From contig JAFGRY010000051.1 in assembly GCA_016934955.1 (NCBI GenBank), positions 11,211 to 75,210 of the forward strand: a stretch of 64,000 nucleotides of DNA. The letters are read 5' to 3'. Source of the stretch: a bacterium (GTDB taxonomy: Bacteria; Zhuqueibacterota; QNDG01; JAGLOF01). Position numbers and translations under genes: made by a program. Positions 18,578-28,187 of this stretch are shown one piece after another (the first letter of the stretch is position 1; every line of letters begins with the position of its first letter). Under the pieces are notes generated by a model. It ran no database searches. It was given only the letters and a program-made list of their open reading frames with translations, and was not told where the DNA came from.

Positions 18578-19149
18578 TTACTTCTCCGCAGAATAGTGGT
18601 ACCATTGCACTTTTTACCAATTCTTCTCACCATCAATCCGGCCGGTATCAGCAGAACGCACTCCCAGATAACCGTCTTCAGATTGTGATAAGAAAAAAGA
18701 CTCGGAATAAACGCCTTCTGAGTCGATGCTTTCATAACATCCATGAATATAGCCGGCCGCCCGATGTAGTAATGATCACTGATAGGCCACAGCAGCTGCA
18801 GGCCGTAGGGGGCACTTCGATCTATGGTGAAAAGATCGATCACCAAGTGAGAAACGACCAGCATGAATGTAAGAAATCCGAGCCGTAAATTCCATTGTTT
18901 TTTTACGATACGCCAGATAGAGACTGCGATCAGCGCGGCCATCACCGCGAACCCGACGCTGTGCGTCCACTGGTGGTGAAACCGGTTCGGGCTTCCCGCC
19001 GCGTATCCGAAGAGAAAATCGATATCAGGCAGATTCGAAAAAACGACGACCGCCGCCGCTGCCGAAAGGCTGATTCTTCTGCGGGTATTCCCGTCCGCTG
19101 CCGCGAGCGCGATATAGCCGGCAATACTGTGTCCGACAGGGGTACTCAA
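18574..19149 (-). CDS. Membrane-bound metal-dependent hydrolase (YdjM/DUF457-like)
   Basis: Motifs PVGHSIAGY, LPDIDFLFGY and HHQWTHS sit in a four- to five-TM protein. It overlaps the downstream carbamoyltransferase by 4 nt. Confidence 0.6.
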   Translation of the reverse strand: MSTPVGHSIAGYIALAAADGNTRRRISLSAAAAVVVFSNLPDIDFLFGYAAGSPNRFHHQWTHSVGFAVMAALIAVSIWRIVKKQWNLRLGFLTFMLVVSHLVIDLFTIDRSAPYGLQLLWPISDHYYIGRPAIFMDVMKASTQKAFIPSLFSYHNLKTVIWECVLLIPAGLMVRRIGKKCNGTTILRRSK

Positions 19150-19162
19150 TACCGTCCGCCTC

Positions 19163-20980
19163 TCATCGCGCTTCTTCTCCCTGCTTCCGAAGCCACAATT
19201 CGAGAATCATCAGGGCCCAGAGCCTGTGGGAATTATTGGTCTCCCTGCGTTCATGTGCACCGATCAGTCTCTGGACCATTTCCGGCTGCACAATTCCCCG
19301 GTTTGTCAGCACCGGTTCAGCGAGCACATCATACATGAAATCCCGGACAGTCCTGTTCTCACGCATCCAGTTCTTCAAAGGGATACTGTGTCCCAACTTA
19401 TCTTTCCGATTGACGACCTCATCAGGAAGCAGCGGTTCAACTGCAATCTTCTCGATATGTTTTACATCGGATATGCCTGGCAGCTTCATATCAGAAGGCA
19501 CCCGGGCGCAGAGTTCAGCCAGTTCGGGATCGAGCATGGGATACCGCGGACGTATCCCGAATTGAACCGCCATGTCGAGTCTTCGCAGGTAAAACTGAAC
19601 AGCGGTCTGATAATCGCTGTACAATGATCTGGCAAGGGGATCATTGGTTTTGATTTCACGATTATACGAAATAAGGTCATTATACAGGCTGTTCCCCGGT
19701 TCAGTGTTGCCCAGAAAATCCGGATGTATCAGCTGGCGGAGATCGGAAGGGTGATAATAGACACGCCATCGGTGCGTTCCCAACACCCTGGGATAACGGT
19801 AACTCTCCGAGAACCGCTTGATCTTGACCGTAAGATCTTTCTTTTTATCCGAATCTTTCAATCTTCTGCCGAGAAACAGCAAGGGCGACAACAGAGGCAT
19901 CGGGATCCAGTCAAGGAAACGGGCGGCTTTATCAGCGGTATAGACCGGATGACCGGCAAATAGTTCATCCCCGCCGTCCCCGGTGAATATTTCATCGACC
20001 GTGCCGGCTGCCGCCCGGGAGAGGAGAAACGTCGCCACATTGATTCCCACATCACAGAAGGGTTCTTCCATGAACCCGGCCATCTCCTCAGCCAGGAGCA
20101 CTTCCTCCGGCCCGTACTCGACCAGTGTGTGGTCTGTATTAAACTCGGTTGCCACCCTCCGGGCGAATGGTGACTCATCGAATGATTCACCCCGGCAGCG
20201 GAACGAATAGGTGTGCATCCCGTTCGCTCCCCCCTTGTGGAGCAGGGACACAATGCTGGAGGAATCGAGACCGCCGCTGAGAAATGCTCCCGCCCGCTTG
20301 CCGGGATTGATTCTCCTGTTGACAGCGGCGGTGAGGCCTTCCCGAATGGCAGCAGCGGTCTCTGCCTCTGAACTGACCGGGCCGTTCTCGAACGTCAGGT
20401 CCCAGTATCGCTGAATGTCAGCTCTACCGTCACGAAAAAGCAATGAATGTGCCGGCCGCAACCTGAAGACCGACGCGTATACGGTCTCGGCCCCCGGATT
20501 GTAATTGAACATCAGATATTTCAAAATCGCTTCTCTGTTAAGCTCAGGGTGGTCTCCGGTAAGACGTGCGGTTGTCAGCAATCTTGATCCAAAGAGGAGA
20601 TTGCCGCCCTTATGCCTGTAATAGAGCAGCCCTGCTCCCATCTTGTCCCGGGCCAGCAGCGTTGTCCGTGTTCGTTCATCCCGTACGACCAGAGAAAAAT
20701 CTCCATTTAAAAGATCGAGAAATCCGTTGCCATCTTTGAGATACATCTCCCAGAGCGTTTTACCACTGTTGCAGGGGCCGCGCCCGCCTGCATCGAAGAT
20801 TCTGCCGCAAACCATCACCATTCCGGCATGGCCGGGAACCTCCCAGAAGAACTGTTCACCACTGATTTCCTCTGTCATCCCGCAATAGAATGCATCGCCG
20901 CTGTACGAGTACAGCAGCGTCTTTGTTATGTCAGCCTCTGCAGCCCCGTGCCGTATATTGCCCGTAACCCCTGAAAACAT
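19163..20980 (-). CDS. Asparagine synthase (AsnB)-family amidotransferase lacking the N-terminal Cys nucleophile
   Basis: The synthetase domain has an intact PP-loop (AFLSGGLDSSSIVS). An Ntn-like N-domain is recognisable (GDFSLVVRD, RDKMGAGLLYY), but the protein begins MFSGVTG instead of MCG. Confidence 0.8.
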   Translation of the reverse strand: MFSGVTGNIRHGAAEADITKTLLYSYSGDAFYCGMTEEISGEQFFWEVPGHAGMVMVCGRIFDAGGRGPCNSGKTLWEMYLKDGNGFLDLLNGDFSLVVRDERTRTTLLARDKMGAGLLYYRHKGGNLLFGSRLLTTARLTGDHPELNREAILKYLMFNYNPGAETVYASVFRLRPAHSLLFRDGRADIQRYWDLTFENGPVSSEAETAAAIREGLTAAVNRRINPGKRAGAFLSGGLDSSSIVSLLHKGGANGMHTYSFRCRGESFDESPFARRVATEFNTDHTLVEYGPEEVLLAEEMAGFMEEPFCDVGINVATFLLSRAAAGTVDEIFTGDGGDELFAGHPVYTADKAARFLDWIPMPLLSPLLFLGRRLKDSDKKKDLTVKIKRFSESYRYPRVLGTHRWRVYYHPSDLRQLIHPDFLGNTEPGNSLYNDLISYNREIKTNDPLARSLYSDYQTAVQFYLRRLDMAVQFGIRPRYPMLDPELAELCARVPSDMKLPGISDVKHIEKIAVEPLLPDEVVNRKDKLGHSIPLKNWMRENRTVRDFMYDVLAEPVLTNRGIVQPEMVQRLIGAHERRETNNSHRLWALMILELWLRKQGEEAR

Positions 20981-21045
20981 CAGGATCCTCCATCAACCAT
21001 CTGCAGCTGAAAGCGGTACGCCGATGCACCACCGCCCGCGCTCCG

Positions 21046-23697
21046 TCACTTCATTTTAACCATTTTGATTGTTTTTATCTCACTTCCGAACATCAATTGG
21101 CCGATATAGATACCGCTCCCCACTTCAGAACCTGCTAAATCGGTTCCATCCCAGCGATACGTATAATTCCCGGCCCCGCTGTGATCACTGCTTACGGAAG
21201 CGACAATTTGCCCCTGGGCATTATAGATATTCAGCACTACATGCCCGGCGGCAGGTATCCGGTAATTGATTGTCGTCACCGGATTGAATGGATTTGGATA
21301 ATTCCTGAAAAGCGTCAGATCGATGTCGTGTTCCTGACCCGTCCCGACTTCCGTGTAGATCGCAGTGTCCTCATAATTGATAATAGTCTCGTTGATTCGG
21401 AAAAAATCCCAATGGATAACCGTTTCGCAGTCCTCTTCTGAAATGGTTCTGAAATAAATCTTGATAAAACTGCTGCTGCTCTGAATCGGTTCCGTGCCGA
21501 AAACAGCTGCTTTCACGCTGCCGTGCTCCTGATCATTGAATACCAGTGAAAAATGATTTGATGTCACGGTTTTCTCGATCCCGAGAAATTCCAGGACCTG
21601 ATCGTCATATGAAAAAACAATGTCAGCTGCCAGCATGGAATAATCGGTTCCTGTCTGTACCGGAATATAAAATGTGTCTGATGCAGCATATGCACCCGTG
21701 GAACCCGTTGCTGCAATCTTGCCAGACTGCGCTGATGCGGACCAGTCCCCATTGACATCACCGATCAGATACGCAGTGTAATCTTCTTGCTCACCAAAGG
21801 GACCACTACTGCTATAAAAACGGGATTCCGGCTCAAAACGCCACTCGCCCGCTTTTGACCCGCCTGTTTTTGCCAACCCTACCGATGCTCGCGCTATCCA
21901 GCTGGCATCGCACATTTCAAGGATACCGTTTTCGTCCGCATCAGCACAGATGAGGGGATACCCTGAAAGTGATTCAAGACCGACAGAATGACGGGCGGCG
22001 AGCGCTGCATCATACGCGGATATCGCTCCTCCGGTGGTTTGGAGATAATCTGACTTCGAGGGACGCACTTCGAAATCACCACCCTCTCTCACGGGAAAGA
22101 GATAAAACCCCGAATTGTCTGTGGTGAGCACAGTGTCACGTGCGGTAATGTGCAGTTGCGCACCTTCGATCTTTTCTCCATTTATATACATACATGTTCC
22201 GGAAACCGGGGGACGTCCCTCTCCAAAATAAATAAATACCCTCCCTGCATCAGACCAGCCGTTAACATCACTGAAGGGTGCTGCGACAGCGAAATCGGGG
22301 CTCCCGTCGCCATTGAGATCGCCAGTACCGGTGACATTATTGCCGAAATGCATCGAATCGGCATCCGTACCCACTTTGGCATCGGGGATCGTGTTCAGGT
22401 TGACATGAATTCCCCAATTGTCGCTTTTACCCCTGATAATATAGGCTTTGCCGTTTCGCAACGTCGGATGGCTGTATGCAAATGCTCCTAACAGAATATC
22501 ATCAAATCCGTCAAAGTCAAAATCACCGATTCCCGAGAACCGGTATCCCGCATGATCTCTGATCTCCTCTCCCACATAAGAGGGGAGACCTCCCGCAGCC
22601 AACGATGACGGGAATGTATCACGACCGAATATAATATATGCAATACCACGGTTATTATCATACATGAAATCGGAAAACATGAAATCACCGAATCCGTCAT
22701 TATTGACATCCCCGACACGCCGTATCATCCACCCGAAAAAACCGGTATTGTATTCCGGAGTGATAATTATATCCGCATTCTCGACATTGTACCCCACTCC
22801 CCAATCCATTTCAGATCTGCCGAAAAACACAAAGATACGATTATTACCGGTGGCGCTGATCGCGAAGTCGGGGATAGTATCACCATTGATGTCTCCGATC
22901 CCGGAGACGCAGTAACCAAGAAATGCATACCAGGAATTGATGGAAAAAATCGCGTCGGCATTGCGCAGATAGAAGGGCGACTCCCAGCCTGTCTCACGCC
23001 CTCTGAGAAAATAAACGCGTCCATGATTATTATCTGTACCGGCTCCCACGTCGTCGTAATATGGTGCACTGATTGCTATCTCGGAACAACCGTCTCCATC
23101 CATATCTCCGATGACCGACACAGACATTCCCGCCAGGCTAAAATTATGCTCGCCTACAAAAATGACATCAGCCGCATTGTTGATGTTTGCATTAAGACCC
23201 CAGTCAATATTCTTGCGCCCGAAGACAAGATACGCATATCCGGGCACGGCAACATCAGGGTGTCCCGCAGGTGCGCCCATCAAGATATCAGAATACCCGT
23301 CTCCATTCACATCTCCGGCATGAACTTCATAGGCCAGGGCCCGCCGTTCACCAGGGCCGATAAAACGGGCATCCACCTGGTCAGTCGACATATCCATTTG
23401 AAACTCTGCTTTTCTTCTTCCGAGAATTAAATGGCATGCTCCCATATCCCAAAACGGAATATTATAATGAAATGTCCCTATAAGGAAATCGTCCAGGCCA
23501 TCGCCGTTAACATCACCGGCGGGTGAAAGTGCATACCCTATCCGCTGTGAAATCGAGGTGCCATGGAAGCTCCCTGTGGGAGAGGGAAAGAGATTTTGTC
23601 CAGACACATCAGCCGGAAAAAAACTGAGCAGCAGCACAGCGCCTCCGGCAAGCCGAAGCGTTGCGGCTATTCGTTCAGTCCACCTGTTGTTCTTCAT
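21046..23697 (-). CDS. Secreted FG-GAP (integrin-alpha-like beta-propeller) protein with dockerin-like and cohesin-like modules and a T9SS C-terminal sorting domain
   Basis: It has a signal peptide and at least 6 FG-GAP repeats (GDVNGDGYSDILMGAP, GDMDGDGCSEIAISAP, GDINGDTIPDFAISA, GDVNNDGFGDFMFSD, GDFDFDGFDDILLGA, GDLNGDGSPDFAVAAP). A dockerin-like segment (DADENGILEMCDASWIARASVGL) and a cohesin-like segment follow. The C-terminus NYPNPFNPVTTINYRIP...GIYIGQL...IKMVKMK is a T9SS type A sorting domain. The start is the ATG at 23697, preceded by GAGGA. Confidence 0.85.
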   Translation of the reverse strand: MKNNRWTERIAATLRLAGGAVLLLSFFPADVSGQNLFPSPTGSFHGTSISQRIGYALSPAGDVNGDGLDDFLIGTFHYNIPFWDMGACHLILGRRKAEFQMDMSTDQVDARFIGPGERRALAYEVHAGDVNGDGYSDILMGAPAGHPDVAVPGYAYLVFGRKNIDWGLNANINNAADVIFVGEHNFSLAGMSVSVIGDMDGDGCSEIAISAPYYDDVGAGTDNNHGRVYFLRGRETGWESPFYLRNADAIFSINSWYAFLGYCVSGIGDINGDTIPDFAISATGNNRIFVFFGRSEMDWGVGYNVENADIIITPEYNTGFFGWMIRRVGDVNNDGFGDFMFSDFMYDNNRGIAYIIFGRDTFPSSLAAGGLPSYVGEEIRDHAGYRFSGIGDFDFDGFDDILLGAFAYSHPTLRNGKAYIIRGKSDNWGIHVNLNTIPDAKVGTDADSMHFGNNVTGTGDLNGDGSPDFAVAAPFSDVNGWSDAGRVFIYFGEGRPPVSGTCMYINGEKIEGAQLHITARDTVLTTDNSGFYLFPVREGGDFEVRPSKSDYLQTTGGAISAYDAALAARHSVGLESLSGYPLICADADENGILEMCDASWIARASVGLAKTGGSKAGEWRFEPESRFYSSSGPFGEQEDYTAYLIGDVNGDWSASAQSGKIAATGSTGAYAASDTFYIPVQTGTDYSMLAADIVFSYDDQVLEFLGIEKTVTSNHFSLVFNDQEHGSVKAAVFGTEPIQSSSSFIKIYFRTISEEDCETVIHWDFFRINETIINYEDTAIYTEVGTGQEHDIDLTLFRNYPNPFNPVTTINYRIPAAGHVVLNIYNAQGQIVASVSSDHSGAGNYTYRWDGTDLAGSEVGSGIYIGQLMFGSEIKTIKMVKMK

Positions 23698-23720
23698 TAA
23701 TCTATCCTCGTAGAGTCTTT

Positions 23721-24725
23721 TTATTTTCTCACTGCCCAATAAATAAAATAATAATGAAAAAGTAATTTTGAACGATAATACTGTTTCCTCGTCCGTGTCA
23801 CCACGAATAGTAAAGCGAATATCACCATTTTAACAACTGCGTTCAGTGATCCGAGCACACGGAATGCCCACTTGTACCAGCGACCATGGTGCTTTTGGAA
23901 AAAATGGCTTCTGGCGGAGACAAACCATTTAAGATCGGTTTTCAGAGGATCGTTTACCTGTCCTATACTTTTTCTTTCGTGATGAATTATCTCCGCCTCG
24001 GGCACGAACCAGGTTTCATACCCAGCCTGCAGAATTCTGTAGCAGAGATCCGGCTCTTCTTCATACATGAACACGCTCTCATCAAAAAGCCCGACGCGAT
24101 CGACAATCTCTTTTCTTGTCAGCATACACTGACCGAGCACATAGTCAACCCGACTTCTCGGAATTACTTCAGAAACCGTAAATCCGCTGTCGCTGTATTC
24201 CGCTTTGGTACGCAACAATCGTTTGGCCACACTGAATATGGAAAGTGCGTCTTTCCAGGAAACATTATTGGTAAAAATAGTCTTCAGGCTCGGGAAATAC
24301 GCCCACGAAACCTGAATAGTACCGTCAGGATGTATGCACTTTGCTCCACAGAGACCAGCCTGTCGCTGTGTATCCATAAATTCCATGAGCCGTTCCACGG
24401 CCTGATCGAGTATTTCAGTGTCTGGATTGAGCAACAGCAGATATTCACCGGTACTGATCTCATATCCCTGATTATTCGCTTTACCAAATCCCACGTTTTC
24501 CCTGTTTTCGATCAGTCGCACTCCCGGAAAATCGGCCTTGACCATTTCAACGCTTTGATCAGCAGAGGCATTGTCAATCACAATAATCTCGAATGACCGG
24601 TGTTGCATCTCAGCGTAGATCGATTCAAGACATTTCCGGAGCAGCTCCCTGGTGTTCCAGTTGACAATGATAATCGATACATCTGTGCTATACTCTTTTC
24701 CCACAGTATTTTCCCGGAATTTCAT
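23721..24725 (-). CDS. Glycosyltransferase family 2
   Basis: It has VSIIIVNWNTRELLRKCLESI, VIDNASAD and a LLLNPDTE DxD-type block. Confidence 0.85.
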   Translation of the reverse strand: MKFRENTVGKEYSTDVSIIIVNWNTRELLRKCLESIYAEMQHRSFEIIVIDNASADQSVEMVKADFPGVRLIENRENVGFGKANNQGYEISTGEYLLLLNPDTEILDQAVERLMEFMDTQRQAGLCGAKCIHPDGTIQVSWAYFPSLKTIFTNNVSWKDALSIFSVAKRLLRTKAEYSDSGFTVSEVIPRSRVDYVLGQCMLTRKEIVDRVGLFDESVFMYEEEPDLCYRILQAGYETWFVPEAEIIHHERKSIGQVNDPLKTDLKWFVSARSHFFQKHHGRWYKWAFRVLGSLNAVVKMVIFALLFVVTRTRKQYYRSKLLFHYYFIYWAVRK

Positions 24726-24727
24726 AC

Positions 24728-25648
24728 TTAGTTATACAGCAGTTCCCGCGCCAGCGACTCCTTACCCGCCAGTCCGTGCAGAACACCCAGAATCTTGCCC
24801 CAAACACCTCTGATATTGCCTTTCGCTCCTTCAACCACCATCGCATATATCATTCCCGCTGATAAAAAGAATACATATTTCAGCCACTGGTACCAGCGGG
24901 CATGTTTCCGCATGAACACGATGGCATTACGGGCTTCAAGATATTTTTTCTTGAATGTGTATGTGCCGACACCCGAGTGAGGTCGGTGCCATACCACCGC
25001 ATCCGGGCAGAACACAACACGCCGGCCGCTTTTTCGTACCATAACCCCGTAATCGACATCTTCATAGCCGTATCCAATGAATGACTCATCGAGCAGTCCT
25101 ATATCTTCCAGAACTTCCCGCTTTATAAGCGTATGGCCCATTCCGAGAAAATCCACATCCATCGAAACCGTGTACCGCCCCTGTTCACGTTCGCCCCTTC
25201 CGTACTGACGCACGATATTTTGTGTAAAGTCTATTTTCGAGCCGCACGAAAGGATCAGATCCCGCTGTTCGAAATCATAAATTTTTGCCCCTGTCATCCC
25301 GATTTCGGGATCAGATTCACAAAGCGTGACCATATGCCTGAGAGCGTCCGGATCAGCGGTCAGATCATCATCAAGCACAAACAGATATTCGGCTCCCATA
25401 GCCAATGCCCTGGCCAGGCCGTAATTCTTCCCTTTGATCGCGCCGTAATTTTTTCCGTTTCTGACAATGGTTACATCGGGGTACTGACGGGCAACCGCTT
25501 CAGCAGTGCCGTCGGACGAGCCATTGTCGACAACGACTATATCGAAGGGTGCGTAATCCAATGCGCGCACAGAATGGATACTTTCAAGCACAATATCCCT
25601 GTTATTCCAGGTGAGAATAACAACGACAACATATGGACGTGGTTTCAT
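24728..25648 (-). CDS. Glycosyltransferase family 2
   Basis: It has VVVILTWNNRDIVLESIHSV, VVDNGSSDGT and VLDDDL. Confidence 0.85.
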   Translation of the reverse strand: MKPRPYVVVVILTWNNRDIVLESIHSVRALDYAPFDIVVVDNGSSDGTAEAVARQYPDVTIVRNGKNYGAIKGKNYGLARALAMGAEYLFVLDDDLTADPDALRHMVTLCESDPEIGMTGAKIYDFEQRDLILSCGSKIDFTQNIVRQYGRGEREQGRYTVSMDVDFLGMGHTLIKREVLEDIGLLDESFIGYGYEDVDYGVMVRKSGRRVVFCPDAVVWHRPHSGVGTYTFKKKYLEARNAIVFMRKHARWYQWLKYVFFLSAGMIYAMVVEGAKGNIRGVWGKILGVLHGLAGKESLARELLYN

Positions 25649-25692
25649 TACAAAACAGTCTCCAATAATACCAATGCCCGGCCTGCGAGCAG

Positions 25693-26778
25693 CTATGTGG
25701 ATCCGGCTCCCATTCTTGTTTTCAGTTTCCTGATGAACGGGCCGGCCATTCCGTCACGTCCGCTCCCGGGCAGTCTCAAGATAAAATCAGCATTTACCCG
25801 TCTCACAGCTGTGAATCCCCAGTGAGGATCCATCGGCGGCGGCACCAGTCCGCAGAACACCCATATGAAACCGGCATCGTGAAGCTGCTGGAAGAGCAGT
25901 CTTCCGAATTGATGCCTGGGACAGGCAAACGCGGTTACTTTCTTGACCGGAAGTTTTTCCTCAATTGCCGCTTTTGAACGGCGGACCTCTCTGCGCAGGC
26001 GCTCCAGCTGCTGTGCCTCCGATTCCAGTACACCGCCCGGGCCATTCCCTGCCTGAAACATACGGGACCGCTTCAGCACCTCTTTTTTCATTCCGGTTCC
26101 GGCTGCTGACAGGCGGGTGCCTTCCTCCCGATACACGTTCTGAAGCCACTCTTCCAGATTACCATTACTGATGAATCTTCGCCTGTCCGAGAGTCCAGAT
26201 GCAAATTCATACACCGGTGTTCCATACGGCGGTCTTTTCACCGGCAGGCCTTCATCAGCGGTAAGAATGGGCACTTCCTTTTTAAACACGTCGGCGATCT
26301 GCGGATCGTATAAATCGACAACCTTTCCCGACACGGGAATATTCGCATGCGAGTAAGAATGCGATTGAAAATCAATGACACCTGACCGCTCCATTTCTTC
26401 AGCCTGTTTCCAGGTTATATATCCCGGCTCATCGATCCAGTATGGGCTGATGAACGCCACAGCCCTGAAACCATATTTCATCAGCAGCGGATACACGATA
26501 GTATAAAGATCACGATACCCGTCATCGAAGGTCAGCAACACATTTTTTTTTGACAGGTCCGCAGCCTCACTAGTATCTGAATCAAGGTCAGCGATAATCG
26601 CTGTTTGATATCCATTGTTTTTCAGATGCGCAAGCTGCCGCGAAAAGACAGCTTTCTCTGTATGATGACAATAAAACACCGGCATCTCCCGACCTGTCCG
26701 GCTTCCGAACACAAACCCGGGATAATATCCCTTGAACGCCGCCTTCAGCATACCGCCCATTTCCAATAAGCCGTTCAC
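25693..26778 (-). CDS. Polysaccharide deacetylase (NodB homology, CE4)
   Basis: It has LLTFDDGYRDLYTIVYPLLMKYGFRAVAFI and the His motif FQSHSYSHANI. Confidence 0.8.
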   Translation of the reverse strand: MNGLLEMGGMLKAAFKGYYPGFVFGSRTGREMPVFYCHHTEKAVFSRQLAHLKNNGYQTAIIADLDSDTSEAADLSKKNVLLTFDDGYRDLYTIVYPLLMKYGFRAVAFISPYWIDEPGYITWKQAEEMERSGVIDFQSHSYSHANIPVSGKVVDLYDPQIADVFKKEVPILTADEGLPVKRPPYGTPVYEFASGLSDRRRFISNGNLEEWLQNVYREEGTRLSAAGTGMKKEVLKRSRMFQAGNGPGGVLESEAQQLERLRREVRRSKAAIEEKLPVKKVTAFACPRHQFGRLLFQQLHDAGFIWVFCGLVPPPMDPHWGFTAVRRVNADFILRLPGSGRDGMAGPFIRKLKTRMGAGST

Positions 26779-28187
26779 TTCTCAGCCCCGCTCTCTTCCT
26801 GGCCGGCCTTATAAAGTTCCTTCCCGCCTGCAGTGATATAATCAGGGACCATATACACTCCGTTTCCAACAGCCTCGGTGATAATCCGCTCAGCATTGGC
26901 AGCTTTCGCTTCTGGATAGTAGAGGCCATGACCCGTCGTCTGCCAGCCTTCCATTTTATCGACCAAGGCCTGACGGTGATTCTGCAGACGCGGTATCACT
27001 CCGCCCAATATAATACAATAAAGGAGTACCGCCGCACCATGAAGCGCGGCACCGAAAAACCGTCCCCTGCGAATCGTGTCAGGCAGGATTTCAATGAACG
27101 CGAATACCGTGCAGATCAATCCCATCACCGGAACAATCCGGTAGCGTGGTTCGATTGCCTGAGCTACGCCGAATCCCGATCGCGTCAGTACTGCTGCCGC
27201 GGCATTCATCACAACAAACAACATGAAATAAAAAACTACAGGATTACGCCTGTCATATCTACGGAAGAGAAGATAGAACCAGAACGCGCCCTCAAGTATC
27301 GACACGATATAGAGCCAGGGTTTGAACGGAAGCCACCCACCCATGAATGAGAGAAAATATTTTACTGCAACTACAGGATGCTGTAACGCATAAATTATCT
27401 CAGGATGTGATTCAGGCTTGTGATAACCGGTAAAATAGAGCGCTGTGGTAACCGAGAATACCGTCAGCACCGCCCAGAAAAACCAGCGGCTGCCACCTGC
27501 AGCCTCCCTGAAAGGCGGAGAAAAAACAATCCAGACAATCAGTATTAAAAATCCGAACCAGCCCGGAGCGCTGGAAATAGTGGCCAGTATCAGGAAAAAG
27601 AGAGCGCTCCCTGCTGATATCGCAGTGCGCCGGTTAAAAAGAATGAAAGAGAGGAGAACGAAAAGTAAAACGAAATAATTCTGCACGGCTCCGGTAGCCC
27701 ATATCATATTGGTCCAGGATGAAGGAAGCATAATCAGGAGAACAAGCGCCGGCATAAAACTGCCGGACAGCCTCCTGCTCTGCAGCAGACCCGCCCACAT
27801 GAGCACAACCGCCACAAGAGCACTGTTCCCGACAGCGATCAGGAACCGGAAATCGACACTTCCCATCAGAGACACCGAAAGATCCGCAGCAAGCCGCGTC
27901 AGCACGATCCTGTGCTCGTTATGGAAGGAAAAAAGATGCTGCAGTTTATCTCCTGGTGCGGCGTTCAGATAGGCGAGGATGGAATCGAAATCATCCCAGG
28001 CGGGGATATTGACCGCGAAACGGTACACCAGATAATAAAACACTGTGATGGTTCCCAGGATCGAGAGCAGCACCGTCCAGTGCGCGAGCCGTCGTTGGGA
28101 TCCGGGACCGGTCCTGCGTAACAAAAGATATAGCAGCACCGGAATGTTCATCAAAATGATTACAATCTGATAGACATTCATGATCAT
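26775..28187 (-). CDS. Polytopic membrane protein (candidate GT-C-like transferase or polymerase)
   Basis: 470 aa with about 12 TM spans and a short C-terminal soluble tail. It overlaps both neighbours by 4 nt. I recognised no family with confidence. Confidence 0.4.
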   Translation of the reverse strand: MIMNVYQIVIILMNIPVLLYLLLRRTGPGSQRRLAHWTVLLSILGTITVFYYLVYRFAVNIPAWDDFDSILAYLNAAPGDKLQHLFSFHNEHRIVLTRLAADLSVSLMGSVDFRFLIAVGNSALVAVVLMWAGLLQSRRLSGSFMPALVLLIMLPSSWTNMIWATGAVQNYFVLLFVLLSFILFNRRTAISAGSALFFLILATISSAPGWFGFLILIVWIVFSPPFREAAGGSRWFFWAVLTVFSVTTALYFTGYHKPESHPEIIYALQHPVVAVKYFLSFMGGWLPFKPWLYIVSILEGAFWFYLLFRRYDRRNPVVFYFMLFVVMNAAAAVLTRSGFGVAQAIEPRYRIVPVMGLICTVFAFIEILPDTIRRGRFFGAALHGAAVLLYCIILGGVIPRLQNHRQALVDKMEGWQTTGHGLYYPEAKAANAERIITEAVGNGVYMVPDYITAGGKELYKAGQEESGAEK

